Positions 1 to 12,100 of a DNA stretch of 64,000 nucleotides are shown here, in pieces. Source of the stretch: Gammaproteobacteria bacterium (GTDB lineage Bacteria; Pseudomonadota; Gammaproteobacteria; SZUA-140); the NCBI GenBank assembly GCA_026982565.1, contig JALSGV010000024.1:13341-77340 (forward strand), written 5' to 3'. The notes under the pieces are model-generated. The model saw only the letters and a list, made by a program, of their open reading frames with translations, searched no databases and was not told the DNA's origin. The translations under genes and the position numbers were made by a program. Numbering within the stretch: the stretch's first letter is position 1; every line of letters begins with the position of its first letter.

Positions 1-2240
1 TGCAGCCCATGGGATGGGATGCCTTCGGCCTCCCGGCGGAGAATGCCGCCATGCGGCACAAGGTGCCGCCGGAGGAATGGACCTACAGAAACATCGACTA
101 TATGCGCACCCAGCTCAAGCGTCTGGGATTTGCCTATGACTGGTCTCGCGAGTTGGCGACCTGCGATCCTGCTTACTACCGCTGGGAGCAATGGATGTTT
201 ACCCGCCTGTTCGAGAAAGGTCTGGTGTACAAGAAGACAGCGCCCGTCAACTGGTGTCCCCACGACAAGACCGTGCTGGCCAACGAACAGGTCATCAACG
301 ACCGTTGTTGGCGTTGCGACAGCCTGGTGGAACGCAGGGAAATCCCCCAGTGGTTCATGAAGATCACCGCCTACGCCGAGGAGCTGCTGGCGGATTTGGA
401 CAAGATGGATGGCTGGCCTGAACAAGTACGCACCATGCAGCGCAACTGGATCGGCCGTTCCTCAGGTGTGGAGCTGACTTTCACCATTCCCGGTGAGGAT
501 GAAGGTCTGACGGTCTTCACCACGCGCCCCGACACCCTCATGGGGGTTACCTACGTGGCCGTGGCCGCGGAACATCCTCTTGCCCTGCAGGCTGCGCGGA
601 ACGACCCCGCTCTGGCCGCCTTCATCGAAGAGTGCCGTCATGTCACGACCTCGGAGGCCGAACTGGAGTCCATGGAGAAAAAGGGCATGGCGACAGGCTT
701 GACGGTGCATCATCCCGTGTCCGGCGAAGAGATTCCCGTATGGGTGGCGAATTTCGTCCTCATGGGCTATGGCACCGGCGCGGTAATGGCCGTGCCCGCA
801 CACGATCAGCGCGATCACGATTTCGCCTGCCGTTATCGGCTGCCCATCCGTCAGGTGGTATTTCCCGCCGATGGCGGCAAGGTGGATATCGCCAGTGAGG
901 CATATACGGAACAAGGGGTGCTGAGAAACTCCGGTGATTTCGATGGCCTCACCTCGGCCCGGGCTTGCGAGGCCATCGCGGATTTTCTGGAAGACAAGGG
1001 CAGAGGACGCCGCCGCATCAATTACCGCCTGCGCGATTGGGGCGTCTCGCGGCAACGCTACTGGGGGGCGCCCATTCCCATCATTAACTGCCAGGCTTGT
1101 GGCGCCGTTCCCGTGCCCGACGAGGACCTGCCGGTGGTGCTTCCCGAAGCAGTGCACATCGATGGCGGTGGTTCACCCCTGAAGTCACTGGACGAATTTT
1201 TCTGCGCCACCTGCCCGCGTTGCGGGGCGGCTGCCGAACGCGAAACCGATACCTTCGATACCTTCATGGAGTCTTCATGGTATTACGCCCGTTATACCTG
1301 CGCCGACAACGACGAGATGATGGTGGATGGGCGCGCCAGATACTGGCTGCCGGTGGATTATTACATTGGTGGTATCGAACACGCCATTCTCCATCTGCTC
1401 TATGCCCGCTTCTATCACAAGCTGATGCGCGATGCCGGCCTGGTGGACAGCGATGAGCCTTTTACCCGTCTCCTTACCCAGGGCATGGTGCTCAAGGACG
1501 GCGCCAAGATGTCCAAATCCAAGGGTAATACAGTGGATCCCCAGGCCCTCATCGACCGCTATGGCGCCGATACGGTGCGACTCTTTACCATGTTTGCAGC
1601 GCCTCCAGAGCAGTCCCTGGAGTGGTCTGACAGTGGAGTGGAAGGCGCTCATCGCTTCATCCGCCGTATATGGTCCTTCACCCGCGAGCATGAGGCCGCA
1701 TTGCGGCAGCACCATGCCGCCGGTGACGGCGTGGCGCATGGGCGGCTTCCGGACCGACACAAGGCCTGGCGTCGTGACATCCATGCCACCCTGAAGCAGG
1801 CCAACCACGATTATGAAAAACTACAGTTCAATACCGTGGTCTCGGCCGGCATGAAGATTCTCAATGTGCTGGAGAAGATTCCCGCGAGAGAGGCCATGCC
1901 AGTGATTTCCGAGGGTCTCGGCATATTGTTGCGTCTGCTGGCGCCCGTGGCGCCTCATGTCACCCATGTCCTGTGGCGGGAACTTGATTATGGAGAGGAC
2001 ATCATAAGCGCTGGCTGGCCCATGCCAGACGAGCAGGCGCTGATGCGGGACAGCGTGGAACTGGTGGTGCAGGTCAATGGCAAGCTGCGGGGCAGAATTG
2101 AGATTCCTGCCGACGCCCCACGCGAAGCAATCGAGAAGATGGCGCTGGCAGATGCCAATGTGCAACGCCATGTAATGGACAAGGCGGTCAGAAAAGTGAT
2201 CGTCGTGCCCGGGCGCCTGGTCAACATCGTCGCAGGATAA
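1..2240 (+). CDS. leuS: Leucyl-tRNA synthetase, 5'-truncated at the window edge (C-terminal ~743 aa present)
   Basis: The translation shows class-I aaRS LeuS hallmarks, including a KMSKS motif (KMSKSKGN). A long conserved C-terminal domain is present. The ORF runs off the 5' end of the window. Confidence 0.93.
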   Translation, partial: QPMGWDAFGLPAENAAMRHKVPPEEWTYRNIDYMRTQLKRLGFAYDWSRELATCDPAYYRWEQWMFTRLFEKGLVYKKTAPVNWCPHDKTVLANEQVINDRCWRCDSLVERREIPQWFMKITAYAEELLADLDKMDGWPEQVRTMQRNWIGRSSGVELTFTIPGEDEGLTVFTTRPDTLMGVTYVAVAAEHPLALQAARNDPALAAFIEECRHVTTSEAELESMEKKGMATGLTVHHPVSGEEIPVWVANFVLMGYGTGAVMAVPAHDQRDHDFACRYRLPIRQVVFPADGGKVDIASEAYTEQGVLRNSGDFDGLTSARACEAIADFLEDKGRGRRRINYRLRDWGVSRQRYWGAPIPIINCQACGAVPVPDEDLPVVLPEAVHIDGGGSPLKSLDEFFCATCPRCGAAAERETDTFDTFMESSWYYARYTCADNDEMMVDGRARYWLPVDYYIGGIEHAILHLLYARFYHKLMRDAGLVDSDEPFTRLLTQGMVLKDGAKMSKSKGNTVDPQALIDRYGADTVRLFTMFAAPPEQSLEWSDSGVEGAHRFIRRIWSFTREHEAALRQHHAAGDGVAHGRLPDRHKAWRRDIHATLKQANHDYEKLQFNTVVSAGMKILNVLEKIPAREAMPVISEGLGILLRLLAPVAPHVTHVLWRELDYGEDIISAGWPMPDEQALMRDSVELVVQVNGKLRGRIEIPADAPREAIEKMALADANVQRHVMDKAVRKVIVVPGRLVNIVAG

Positions 2241-2244
2241 CCGT

Positions 2245-2778
2245 ATGGCCACGAGACGATATGCGTATGTACTGAGACTGATACTGTGGGCGCTCATTCT
2301 GGGCGTGATGCTGCAGGCCTGTGGTTATCGCCTGAAGGGTTCGGCGGGGCCGCTGTCTTCTCTGCCGCCAACCCTGGTGAGAGGCGATGAGAGCAGCGCC
2401 CTGAATAACCAGGTGCGCCAGATACTGCGGGATATGAAGACGCCGGTGGTGGATGATGTCTCCCAGGCCGTTCTGGTGATCAACTTGTCTCCTGAGAAAA
2501 AGGAGCGCCGGGTGTTGTCCGTCAATGCGTCGGGCAGGGCGGAGGAGTATGAGCTCATCTACTCTTTCATTTATGGCGTCACGGACCCAAAAGGCAAGGT
2601 CTTGGTGAACGAGCAGGTCATCAGGCAGGTTCTGGCCATTCAGTTCGATGAGACCCAGGTCAATTCCATCGTGTCGGAATCCGAGCAGCTCTTTAATGAC
2701 ATGCGCCGCTCGGCTGTGCGCGACCTCGCGCGGCGCCTGCAGAAATTCAGTGACATGCGTGGAGAAGCCGGCCAGTGA
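2245..2778 (+). CDS. lptE: LPS-assembly lipoprotein LptE (RlpB)
   Basis: It is a 177-aa protein with a signal peptide and lipobox (LQACGY). It sits immediately downstream of leuS, as in the conserved leuS-lptE-holA arrangement. Confidence 0.8.
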   Translation: MATRRYAYVLRLILWALILGVMLQACGYRLKGSAGPLSSLPPTLVRGDESSALNNQVRQILRDMKTPVVDDVSQAVLVINLSPEKKERRVLSVNASGRAEEYELIYSFIYGVTDPKGKVLVNEQVIRQVLAIQFDETQVNSIVSESEQLFNDMRRSAVRDLARRLQKFSDMRGEAGQ

Positions 2779-3797
2779 AGCTGGGGGCCCTCCAGCTGGA
2801 CAGGCATCTCCAGCAGGGGTTGGCGCCTGTGTATTGTATTTCTGGAGATGAGCCCCTGCTGGTGCAGGAAGCCTGTGACCTGGTGCGCAGGCATGCGCGG
2901 GCGGCGGGCTGCGAGGAACGGCTGGTGATGCATGCCGATGGCGGTTTCGATTGGAACAGCCTGCTGCGGGAGGCCTGTGGCCTGTCCCTGTTTTCGCAGC
3001 GGCGGTTGCTGGAATTGCGTTTACCTACGGGAAAGCCCGGTGACGCGGGTGGCAAGGCCTTGCAGGCCTATGCAGCCGATGGCGGTGGTGACAATATCCT
3101 TTTGGTGATCTGCGGCAAACTCGATGCCGCCAGCCAGCGTACCCGTTGGTTCAAGGCCCTGGAGGGGGTCGGCGTCATCGTGCAGGTGTGGCCCCTGTCC
3201 TTGCGGCAACTGCCGGACTGGATCACGGGGCGCATGCGTCAGGCCGGCCTGCAGCCGAGTCGCGAGGCCGCCATGGTTCTGGCCGAGCGCGTGGAGGGGA
3301 ATCTCCTGGCCGCGGCCCAGGAGATCGAGAAGCTGCGAATGCTCCGGGGCGAAGGCGCCGTATCCGTGGACGAGGTGCTGGCCGCGGTGACGGACAGCGC
3401 GCGGTACGATATCTTCGGGCTGGTCGATTGCGCCCTGGCGGGCGAGGAAGGCCGTGTCGTGCGTATGCTGGATGGTCTGCGCGCCGAAGGCGTGGAGCCC
3501 ACTCTGGTGCTGTGGGCCATGGCGCGGGAAATCCGCCAGTTGGCAAGCATGTGTGGCGAGGTGGAACAGGGGGCCGCCCTGGGACAGGTGCTGGCCCGTT
3601 ACCGGGTGTGGGAAAAGCGTAAACCCCTTTTTACCCGCGCCTTGCAGCGCAGCCAGCGCCGGGACTGGCTGGCCATGATCCGCGCTTCGGCAAAGATCGA
3701 CCGCTGCATCAAGGGCCTGGAGGCAGGCAGCTGCTGGGACGAACTGTTGCAATTGGCCCTGAGCATGGCAGGGCGAAAAATGACGGAAACTGTCTGA
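2775..3797 (+). CDS. holA: DNA polymerase III delta subunit
   Basis: It is a 340-aa protein with HolA-like N-terminal and C-terminal regions. Its start overlaps the lptE stop (ATGA). Confidence 0.82.
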   Translation: MKLGALQLDRHLQQGLAPVYCISGDEPLLVQEACDLVRRHARAAGCEERLVMHADGGFDWNSLLREACGLSLFSQRRLLELRLPTGKPGDAGGKALQAYAADGGGDNILLVICGKLDAASQRTRWFKALEGVGVIVQVWPLSLRQLPDWITGRMRQAGLQPSREAAMVLAERVEGNLLAAAQEIEKLRMLRGEGAVSVDEVLAAVTDSARYDIFGLVDCALAGEEGRVVRMLDGLRAEGVEPTLVLWAMAREIRQLASMCGEVEQGAALGQVLARYRVWEKRKPLFTRALQRSQRRDWLAMIRASAKIDRCIKGLEAGSCWDELLQLALSMAGRKMTETV

Positions 3798-4007
3798 TCA
3801 CATCAATTCATCACGAAGCGGGCGAAGCCCGGGAAGTGAATGCCCCAATTTCCCTGTAAAATAGTCCATTCAATGTATAATTGGGTGTCTATTTTTCCGA
3901 TCTTGCCTCCAGTCGAGGCGGAGATAGGGTTTTTATTTAATGAAATCAATTAACTATGTGGGTGTGTGGGGCGGCGAGCCCTTGCGGCGCCCGATGCGGT
4001 AATCAGG

Positions 4008-5270
4008 ATGGCAGAGGATATCAAGGCATACATGACAGAAATGGGGCGCCAGGCGCGGGCCGCGGCGGTGGAAATGGCGCGTGCGCCGACTGCGGCCAAG
4101 AACAACGTCCTGGCCGCCATGGCCGATTCCCTGGAGCGGACCCGGGCCGATTTGCGCAAGGCCAACGCGCGGGACCTGGAAGCGGGGCAGGCGCGCGGTC
4201 TTGATGAAGCCTTGCTGGACCGCCTGGCCCTGACGGATGCGCGCATCATTGCCATGGCCGAGGGCTTGCGTGAAATCGCCAAGCTGCCGGACCCCGTGGG
4301 AGAGATCAGTGACATGGCCTACCGGCCTTCGGGCATACAGGTGGGACGTATGCGCGTGCCCCTGGGCGTTGTCGGCATCATCTATGAGTCGCGCCCCAAT
4401 GTGACGGCCGATGCGGCGGGATTGTGTCTGAAATCGGGCAATGCCGCCATCCTGCGCGGCGGTTCCGAGGCCATCTATTCCAATCAGGCCATCGCGACCT
4501 GCATCCGCGAGGCCCTGGCCGAGAACGATCTTCCCGCCAATGCCGTGCAGGTGGTGGCGACCACCGACCGCGCCGCGGTGGGAGAACTGCTGCGCATGAA
4601 GGAATACGTGGACATCATCGTTCCCCGTGGCGGGCAGGGGCTGATCGAACGTGTTTCCCGCGAGTCCCTCGTGCCGGTCATCAAGCATCTCCATGGCGTC
4701 TGCCATGTCTTCATCGACGGCGAGGCCGACCATGACAAGGCGCTGGCGGTGGCCTTCAACGCCAAGACCCAGCGTTACGGCACGTGCAATACCATGGAGA
4801 CACTGCTGGTCGCGCGGGATATCGCCGATGAAATCCTCCCGGCCCTGGGCGCCAAGTACCAGGAGGCCGGCGTCGAGTTGAGAGGCTGCCAGGAAACCCG
4901 GGACATCCTGCCGGGCATTACGGTCGCCAGCGAGGAAGACTGGCAGACGGAGTACCTGGCGCCCATCCTGTCCATCCGCGTGGTGGGTGGCCTTGATGAG
5001 GCCATTGCGCACATCCGCGCCTACGGCTCGTCCCATACGGATGCCATCGTTACTGAGTCCTTCACCAGGGCTCAGCGTTTTCTCCACGAGGTGGATTCAA
5101 GTTCCGTCATGGTCAATGCCTCCACACGCTTCGCCGATGGCTTCGAATATGGCCTGGGCGCCGAAATCGGTATCAGCACGGACAAGCTCCATGCCCGGGG
5201 GCCTGTGGGGCTGGAGGGGCTGACCTCGCAGAAATACATCGTCGTCGGTGACGGGCATATCAGAATATAA
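4008..5270 (+). CDS. proA: Gamma-glutamyl phosphate reductase
   Basis: It belongs to the aldehyde dehydrogenase family and begins with a typical ProA N-terminus (MAEDIKAYM...). The start was chosen at an internal ATG 42 nt downstream of the ORF-track start. Confidence 0.9.
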   Translation: MAEDIKAYMTEMGRQARAAAVEMARAPTAAKNNVLAAMADSLERTRADLRKANARDLEAGQARGLDEALLDRLALTDARIIAMAEGLREIAKLPDPVGEISDMAYRPSGIQVGRMRVPLGVVGIIYESRPNVTADAAGLCLKSGNAAILRGGSEAIYSNQAIATCIREALAENDLPANAVQVVATTDRAAVGELLRMKEYVDIIVPRGGQGLIERVSRESLVPVIKHLHGVCHVFIDGEADHDKALAVAFNAKTQRYGTCNTMETLLVARDIADEILPALGAKYQEAGVELRGCQETRDILPGITVASEEDWQTEYLAPILSIRVVGGLDEAIAHIRAYGSSHTDAIVTESFTRAQRFLHEVDSSSVMVNASTRFADGFEYGLGAEIGISTDKLHARGPVGLEGLTSQKYIVVGDGHIRI

Positions 5271-5282
5271 TGCAGGGCAAGG

Positions 5283-5418
5283 ATAAAAGGGCAAAGATAA
5301 AAGTTAAAACACCCTACGGCAAGTTGAGTGGGTATTTGAACATAAGCCCGAATAGCGCTCTCAACTACTGCTGTCAAAGATATTATTATCTCGTAACTTT
5401 TATCTTTGCCCTTTTATC
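5283..5418. repeat. 136-bp intergenic element bounded by 24-bp perfect inverted repeats (GATAAAAGGGCAAAGATAAAAGTT / AACTTTTATCTTTGCCCTTTTATC)
   Basis: The arms at 5283-5306 and 5395-5418 are exact reverse complements. An internal smaller inverted repeat is present (AGTTGAG/CTCAACT). It lies between the proA stop and the nadD start. Confidence 0.55.
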
Positions 5419-5436
5419 TTTACTCTGTTTTCTCTC

Positions 5437-6063
5437 ATGATTGGTATTCTCGGCGGCACGTTCGATCCTGTTCACAATGGACACCTGCGTATTGCACTGG
5501 AACTCCTGCAGGAGCTGCCCCTGCGGGAGGTGCGCTTTATTCCCTGTCATGTTCCACCCCACCGTGGCGGGCCGGTGGCGTCCGCGCGGGAACGGCTGGC
5601 CATGCTGGAGCTTGCCATCGGCGGACAGCCGGGTTTCGTCGTCGACAAGAGGGAACTCGAGCGCCCCGGGCTGTCTTATATGGTAGATACCTTGAGTTCT
5701 CTCAGGGAGGCTTATGGCGATCTTCCGCTGTGTCTGATCTTGGGTGAGGATGCCTTCAACAAGCTGGATACCTGGCATCGCTGGCGCCAATTGACCGATC
5801 TTGCCCATATCGTCGTGGCATGCCGGCCGGATGTGGATGGGCCGCCTTCACCCGATGTTGCCGGCTTGTTGGAGGCCCGCCGTGAAACCGATCCCCTGGT
5901 TTTGCAACAGCGCCCCGCAGGTGGGATATTGATGTGGCCGGTGACCCAGTTGGCGATTTCCGCCACCCGCATACGCACCTTGGCGGCCAAGGGCGAGAGC
6001 CCCCGCTATCTCATGCCGGACAGCGTGTGGTCCTATATGCGGAAAAAATCATTGTATCTCTAA
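5437..6063 (+). CDS. nadD: Nicotinate-nucleotide adenylyltransferase
   Basis: The N-terminus carries the (H/T)xGH motif ([11 protein letters not shown]). It is 208 aa long. Confidence 0.92.
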   Translation: MIGILGGTFDPVHNGHLRIALELLQELPLREVRFIPCHVPPHRGGPVASARERLAMLELAIGGQPGFVVDKRELERPGLSYMVDTLSSLREAYGDLPLCLILGEDAFNKLDTWHRWRQLTDLAHIVVACRPDVDGPPSPDVAGLLEARRETDPLVLQQRPAGGILMWPVTQLAISATRIRTLAAKGESPRYLMPDSVWSYMRKKSLYL

Positions 6064-6079
6064 ATCCGGACAGGAACAT

Positions 6080-6439
6080 ATGGAAGCCGAAGAATTGAAA
6101 AACGTTGCCGTCGATGCCCTGGAGGATCTCAAGGCCGTCGATATCACCGTGCTGGATGTCAGGAGCATGACCAGCATTACCGATTATATGATCGTGGCCA
6201 GTGGGAACTCCAGCCGTCACGTCAAGTCTCTTCTCAACAACGTTGTCGAAAAGGTCAAGGATCATGGTGTCAGGCCCCTGGGTATCGAGGGTGAGAAGGA
6301 TGCCCAATGGTGCCTGGTCGATGTGGGTGACGTGGTGGTGCATGTCATGTTGCCCGAGGTGCGTGAATTCTATCAGCTGGAAAAATTCTGGCGTGTGGAT
6401 GCGGCGCCGGGCAGCGAACAGGCCTCGCCGCCTGCCTGA
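6080..6439 (+). CDS. rsfS: Ribosome silencing factor RsfS (Iojap)
   Basis: It is a 119-aa Iojap-family protein located immediately after nadD. Confidence 0.88.
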   Translation: MEAEELKNVAVDALEDLKAVDITVLDVRSMTSITDYMIVASGNSSRHVKSLLNNVVEKVKDHGVRPLGIEGEKDAQWCLVDVGDVVVHVMLPEVREFYQLEKFWRVDAAPGSEQASPPA

Positions 6440-6444
6440 TCCCC

Positions 6445-6915
6445 ATGCGCATACATCTCATTGCGGTGGGGCAAAAGCCGCCGTCCTGGGTCGCTGAAGC
6501 CTGGCGGGAGTATGCGCGGCGCATGCCCCGGGAGTGCGCCATACATCTGACGGAGATTCCGGCCGGGCGGCGTCACAAGAACGCCAGTGTCACGCCTGTC
6601 GTGGCAGCGGAAGGAGAGCGCATGCTGGGCGCGGTGCCACGCGGCGCGTGGATCATTGCCCTGGATGAGAGGGGCCGGGAGTGGGATACCCGCCAGCTTG
6701 CATCCGAGATGACAGGCTGGATGCGCGAAGGGCAGGATGTTGCGCTGCTGATCGGCGGGCCGGATGGCCTGGCGCCGGCCTGCCGGGAAGGGGCCCATCA
6801 CATCTGGTCTCTTTCCCGTCTGACATTGCCCCATGCCTTGGTGCGTATCGTGGTGATTGAACAGCTCTATCGCGCCTGGAGCCTCAATGCCAATCACCCC
6901 TATCACCGTGACTAG
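6445..6915 (+). CDS. rlmH: 23S rRNA (pseudouridine1915-N3)-methyltransferase
   Basis: It is a 156-aa SPOUT-family protein (MRIHLIAVG...) in the conserved nadD-rsfS-rlmH order. Confidence 0.9.
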   Translation: MRIHLIAVGQKPPSWVAEAWREYARRMPRECAIHLTEIPAGRRHKNASVTPVVAAEGERMLGAVPRGAWIIALDERGREWDTRQLASEMTGWMREGQDVALLIGGPDGLAPACREGAHHIWSLSRLTLPHALVRIVVIEQLYRAWSLNANHPYHRD

Positions 6916-7507
6916 CCCTAAAATCATCCTTGCCTCGGCGTCGCCCAGGCGTCGTGCGCTGCTGGAGCAGATCGGCGTTTCATACCGCGCTATACACGCA
7001 GATATCGATGAGACAGCCGAAGATGGCGAGACGGCACAGGCGTATGCCCGGCGGCTCGCTCTGGTCAAGGCGAAAACAGTGCAAGGCATGTTACCAGCCG
7101 ACGTCAGATTGCCCGTGCTGGGCGCGGATACGGTTGTGGAGATCAGCGGTGAGATACTCACCAAGCCTTTGAGCGAAGATGAGGGGATGGGCATGCTGGG
7201 GAAGCTTTCCGGCAAACGCCATCGCGTCTATACTGCAGTGGCGCTGGTCGCAGACAAGGAACTGATACGGCTGAGCGCCACTTCAGTGGTGTTTCGCAAC
7301 ATTTCCGTAAAAGAACGTCGGGCCTATTGGCTCAGCGGCGAGCCCCGCGGCAAGGCCGGGGGGTATGCCATTCAGGGGGTGGGCGCGATCTTCGTGCGCC
7401 ACATCGAGGGAAGCTATTCGGGCGTCATGGGGTTGCCGCTGTTCGAGACGGCGGAGTTGCTGGAGACATGTGGTGTCAAGGTCATGGAAGGGCTGTCTTA
7501 TACCTGA
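6887..7507 (+). CDS. maf: Maf-like nucleoside triphosphate pyrophosphatase (septum formation protein Maf)
   Basis: The Maf N-terminus is present (IILASASPRRRALLEQIG). The start is uncertain: the ORF-track start at 6857 overlaps rlmH. An internal ATG at 6887 was chosen. The gene lies immediately upstream of rng. Confidence 0.8.
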   Translation: MPITPITVTSPKIILASASPRRRALLEQIGVSYRAIHADIDETAEDGETAQAYARRLALVKAKTVQGMLPADVRLPVLGADTVVEISGEILTKPLSEDEGMGMLGKLSGKRHRVYTAVALVADKELIRLSATSVVFRNISVKERRAYWLSGEPRGKAGGYAIQGVGAIFVRHIEGSYSGVMGLPLFETAELLETCGVKVMEGLSYT

Positions 7508-7560
7508 GCCCAGGGGGCGCCGATAAAAAACGGGCGTAGAAACAAGAGCGGAAAAGATCT

Positions 7561-9033
7561 GTGAGTGATGAGATTTTAGTCAATGTAACGCCCCGCGAAA
7601 CGCGGGTTGCCATCGTTGAAAACGGCTTGCTGCAGGAGGTCCACATCGAGCGGGCCAAGAAGCGCGGCCTCGTCGGCAATATCTACAAGGGAACCGTATG
7701 CCGCGTCTTGCCAGGCATGCAGGCGGCTTTCATCGACGTTGGTTTGGAAAGGACCGCTTTCCTGCACGTGGCCGATATCCTGGTGCCGGAGAGCGAGGCC
7801 GACAGCGTCAATGAGGGGAAGAGCGAAATAACCATCTCGGATTTGCTTCAGGAAGGGCAGGAGTTGCTCGTCCAGGTGATCAAGGATCCTCTGGGCAGCA
7901 AGGGGGCGCGTCTGACGACACATGTCACCATACCGTCCCGTTATCTGGTGTTGATGCCGGGCGTGGGGAACATCGGCGTATCCCAGAAAATAGAGGACCC
8001 GGATGAGCGGGAGCGCCTGCGCGGTCTTATCGAGGAAGGGCGCGGTTGCGACGACGGCGATGGCTTCATCATACGTACTGCCGCCGAAGGTGTGGGAAGC
8101 GGTGAAATCCTGGATGATATGGATTTCCTGCGCAAACTATGGGCTTCGACGCAGGAAACCATTGAAGATGGCGGGTCCGGCCGGCTGGTCTATTCCGCCC
8201 TGCCCCTGGCGCAGCGTATTCTCCGTGACCTCCCTTGCGAGGACATTGACAAGGTGCGCATCGATTCGCGGGAGACCTATCAGTCCGTAGTGGATTTTGC
8301 CGCCAAGTTCATACCTGATCTCGTCTGCCGCATCGAGCATTATCCTGGCGAACGCCCAATCTTTGATTTGAACGCCGTGGAGGATGAGATTCAGAAGGCC
8401 CTGGAGCACAAGGTGCAGTTGAAATCCGGTGGTTATCTATACATCGATCAGACCGAGGCCATGACGACGATCGATGTCAATACGGGGGCCTTTGTCGGGC
8501 ATCGCAATCTTGAAGAGACTATTTTCAAGACCAATCTCGAAGCGGCCCAGGCTATCGCCCGGCAATTGCGCCTGCGTAACCTCGGCGGCATTATTATTCT
8601 CGATTTCATCGACATGATGGATGAAGAACACAAGCGCCAGGTATTGCGCGCCCTGGAAAAGAGCCTGGAGGCCGATCGCGCCAAGCACTATATCTGTGAG
8701 GTCTCCCCTTTGGGACTGGTGGAGATGACGCGGGAGCGCACCCGCGAGAGTCTTGAGCATATTTTATGCGAGCCCTGCCCGACTTGCGCTGGGAGGGGGT
8801 CCATCAAGACCAGGGAGACTGCTTGTTACGAGATCTTCCGTGAAATCATGCGCGAGGCGCGCCAGTTCGAGGCTCAACAGTTCCTGGTGCTGGCCTCCCA
8901 GGAGGTCGTCGATATGTTGCTCGACGAGGAATCCACCAGTGTTGCAGAATTGGAGGAGTTTATTGGGAAGCCGGTGAAATTGCAGGTAGAGACGCACTAC
9001 ACCCAGGAACAGTTCGATGTCGTTATGATGTGA
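7561..9033 (+). CDS. rng: Ribonuclease G (CafA)
   Basis: It is 490 aa with an S1 domain and an RNase E/G catalytic core. It uses a GTG start and follows maf. Confidence 0.9.
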   Translation: MSDEILVNVTPRETRVAIVENGLLQEVHIERAKKRGLVGNIYKGTVCRVLPGMQAAFIDVGLERTAFLHVADILVPESEADSVNEGKSEITISDLLQEGQELLVQVIKDPLGSKGARLTTHVTIPSRYLVLMPGVGNIGVSQKIEDPDERERLRGLIEEGRGCDDGDGFIIRTAAEGVGSGEILDDMDFLRKLWASTQETIEDGGSGRLVYSALPLAQRILRDLPCEDIDKVRIDSRETYQSVVDFAAKFIPDLVCRIEHYPGERPIFDLNAVEDEIQKALEHKVQLKSGGYLYIDQTEAMTTIDVNTGAFVGHRNLEETIFKTNLEAAQAIARQLRLRNLGGIIILDFIDMMDEEHKRQVLRALEKSLEADRAKHYICEVSPLGLVEMTRERTRESLEHILCEPCPTCAGRGSIKTRETACYEIFREIMREARQFEAQQFLVLASQEVVDMLLDEESTSVAELEEFIGKPVKLQVETHYTQEQFDVVMM

Positions 9034-9146
9034 CGGCTGCTTGACGCCGGCCTTGTTCACTTGCGAGCTGTATTCTGAGAATGTCTGAAATCAAGACTGG
9101 GCGGATAGAGCCTCCCTGAAATCCCTTAATAGTATATTTTCACTCC

Positions 9147-12100
9147 ATGATAAGAAAGATCGGCTACAGGCTCTGGATGTTTATTGCTGTACTGACCATC
9201 GTACTGGCAATAGCTATTTCTTTTGCCCGCTTCTCACTTCCATTCATGGATGAGTATCGTGATGAGCTCATCACGTTTTTTTCAGAACAGTTGGACCAAC
9301 CGCTTGATGTGACGGCTATTGTCGCGGAATGGCATGGTATGGGGCCGCGCATCAGGCTGGTCGGATTGGCCTTGCTGGACAAGGAAGGCGGGGCGCCGCT
9401 GCTCGTGCTGAACAGCATCGTGGTCGGCATCGACATCCTGGAAACCATATTGACAGGATCTTTGCAGATCAACAGTGTGATACTGGATGGCGTCGGCTTG
9501 ACAGTCACGCGCGATGAGAGTGGCAATATTTTAGTCCAGGGGCTGGGAGCAACGCCTCAGGGGGCATCGGGTCGTGGGGGGCAGCTGTTCGCTGCCTGGT
9601 TGTTGAGCCGCGATCACATCGCCATTACCGCCAATCAGATCAAGTGGCAGGACAAGATGCGCGGTGGTGTCGCCCGTACCATCCGTGAACTCAGCATCGA
9701 ACTGCGCAATGATCGCAATCGCCATCAGTTGGAAGGTAGCGCCCTGTTACCGGATTTCGAGGATCAACGCATCACTTTCGCCATTGATATGCGGGGGGAT
9801 ATCCTGGGGTCCCAGGCCTGGGGCGGCAAGGCCTATATCGAGGCAAAAGCTATTAGAGTCGGGCAGTTGCCTGTAGGGTTGCTGATCCCAGGTTTGCGCG
9901 CCGAGCGTGGTATTGTAACGGCAAAGGTATGGGCAACATGGCGAGATGGTGTTCTACATTCCGTTTCCGGGCGCGCGGAAATTGAGAATCCCCTGCTCAC
10001 AAAGGTGATGGATGACATTTCCGGTTCCAGGAAGCAGGCGCGTCAGTTTGATTTCACGTTGGCCAGAGGGGACTTTCTCTGGCAGCGGCAGCGTCAGGGA
10101 TGGGGGCTGGCGCTGAAGGATTTTGTTCTCGAGCGTGGCGGCCGGCACTGGCCATCTTCAGAGATACAATTCTTCCTGTCCGGGGGGGATCAAGGCGCGC
10201 CGGAAGTGGCCGCGCGTTTATCATATCTGGATGCCAAGGATGCAACGGATTTTTTCAATTTTCTCGGAATCATACCGGGTTCTGCATCCGTCCTGATAGA
10301 CAGGTTGAGGCCTGCCGGGCGCTTGTATAGCGTTTCCGGCAATTTTTCGGGGAAGAGCCGGTTCGATATTTCAGCCTCGTTCCAGGACCTGGAAATAGAA
10401 GGTGATAGCAGGGTTCCCATGATTTCCGGTGTCGATGGGAGATTCATGGCCAATGAACGTACCGGATTTCTTCAGCTCAGCTCGGCAGCTATACGCGTGG
10501 CATACAAGGATGTTCTCCGTGCACCTCTGATTCTGGGACATGTCGATGGAGGCATTGAATGGGAAAAAAGTGGGGGGCAGGGCTGGTTCATCAGTACAAA
10601 GGATTTTCGCATCCAGAATAAGGATATCCAGCTGCGCGCCTCGGGGAGGGGCGAGTGGTCCATGGATGAGGCGCAGTCACCATGGATGGACCTCCTGATT
10701 GGTTTTACGGTGCCCGACATCAGCGTGGTATCACGCTACCTGCCAGCCGGCGTCATGAGGCCGGGATTGGTGGCATGGCTTGATCGTGCTTTCCCGGCCG
10801 GCCATGTCCCCTATGGTGAAGTCATGCTCTATGGGCCGCTCCGCGCTTTCCCCTTCGCGGGCGATGAAGGGGTGTTCGAGGTGCGTTTCAATGTGGAAGA
10901 CGGCATTCTCGACTATGCACCAGGATGGCCGCGCATCGAGGAGGTCGAGGCCGAAGTCGTATTCAATAACAAGAGCATGGCGATCAATATTACAGAGGGC
11001 AAGAGTCTGTCGTCGAGCCTGAAAGGCGCCAGGGCCTCCATCGATGATCTGGCTGCCAACCCGGCCTTACTGGTTGTCGAGGGCGAGGCTGAGGGGCCGG
11101 CGTCCGATATCTTGCGCTATATTCTCGACAGCCCCCTCAATAAGAAATTTGGTCCTTATTTCAACGAGTCCATTGCTACGGGCCAAGCCAATATAAGTAT
11201 GCTGCTGAAGAAGAAACTGGCGCCAGGGACCTTTCCTGAAATCGATGGCCACCTGAAACTGATGGAAAACAAACTCACCCTAAGCCGTGATGGACTATCA
11301 TTCGAGAATCTCGCAGGAGAGCTTGGGTTCACTCATGAGGGGCTCTATGCCCATGATATCGAAGCCACGGTGTTGGGGATGAAAGCGGATATCAATATCC
11401 AGACAGCGCAGGAAGCAGGGCAGCTCGTCACTCATATCTATTCAGTGGGTACGGCAGGGGCGGAAAAAATTGCGGAGTTGCTGGCGGCCCCTCTATTTGC
11501 CAACCTCGAAGGCGAGGCCTTATGGAATGCCGCCATTACCATTCCGCCCGTGGATCCCACAGGGATGATAAATGCCAGTCTTCAGATCCGGTCTGACCTC
11601 AAGGGGGTCGCCATCAATTTGCCCTTTCCTTTGGAAAAAGCCTCTGACGATACGCTTGACCTCAGTCTGAATATCCCTCTGCCGCGCTCCCGTGATGCCC
11701 CTTTGACTTTTCGTCTGGGAGAAGTGCTGCATGGCATTCTTGACGTAGACGAGAAGATGAGCTTGGAACGAGGTGAGATCGTTTTCGGTGATGAGATGGC
11801 GCGCCTGCCCGATCATTACGGCTTGCGCCTGTCAGGCAGCATGCCTTTCTTTTCTTTCAGTAAATGGTTGCCTTACATGGAAGATAGTGAACAGGACTTG
11901 CTGGATAATCGGCAGTCCTTGATCAGAAGTATTTCTGTTGAAGTGGGGCAGCTCGAGATTTTTGGGCATGTTTTTCATGACACAGAGGTGCGCGCCTTGT
12001 GGCGGCCTGATTACTGGGATATTAGCGCCATCAGTGAAGAATTAAAGGGGGATATTGAATATCCCCGCAAGGAAGGCAGGGCGCTGGCCATGGATCTGGA

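Noticed and set aside
462-1157. Long antisense ORF (231 aa) inside leuS, plus many similar antisense or alternate-frame ORFs (e.g. 3954-5087, 14435-15307, 16662-17837, 18334-19122, 27000-27791, 41184-41882, 46002-46985, 56122-57252)
   Set aside because: Each lies fully inside a confidently identified gene on the other strand or in another frame. Their translations are low-complexity and rich in Arg, Gly, Pro and Ala, as expected for shadow ORFs in GC-rich DNA. No recognisable motifs were found.
3146-3622. Gly/Arg-rich 158-aa ORF inside holA
   Set aside because: It is an alternate frame of the GC-rich holA coding sequence. Its composition is typical of spurious frames.
3798-4007. Hairpin (CGGGC-gaa-GCCCG) and T-rich stretch after holA as a terminator or attenuator
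   Set aside because: The stem is short and the hairpin is not directly followed by a T-run. The evidence is too weak to annotate.
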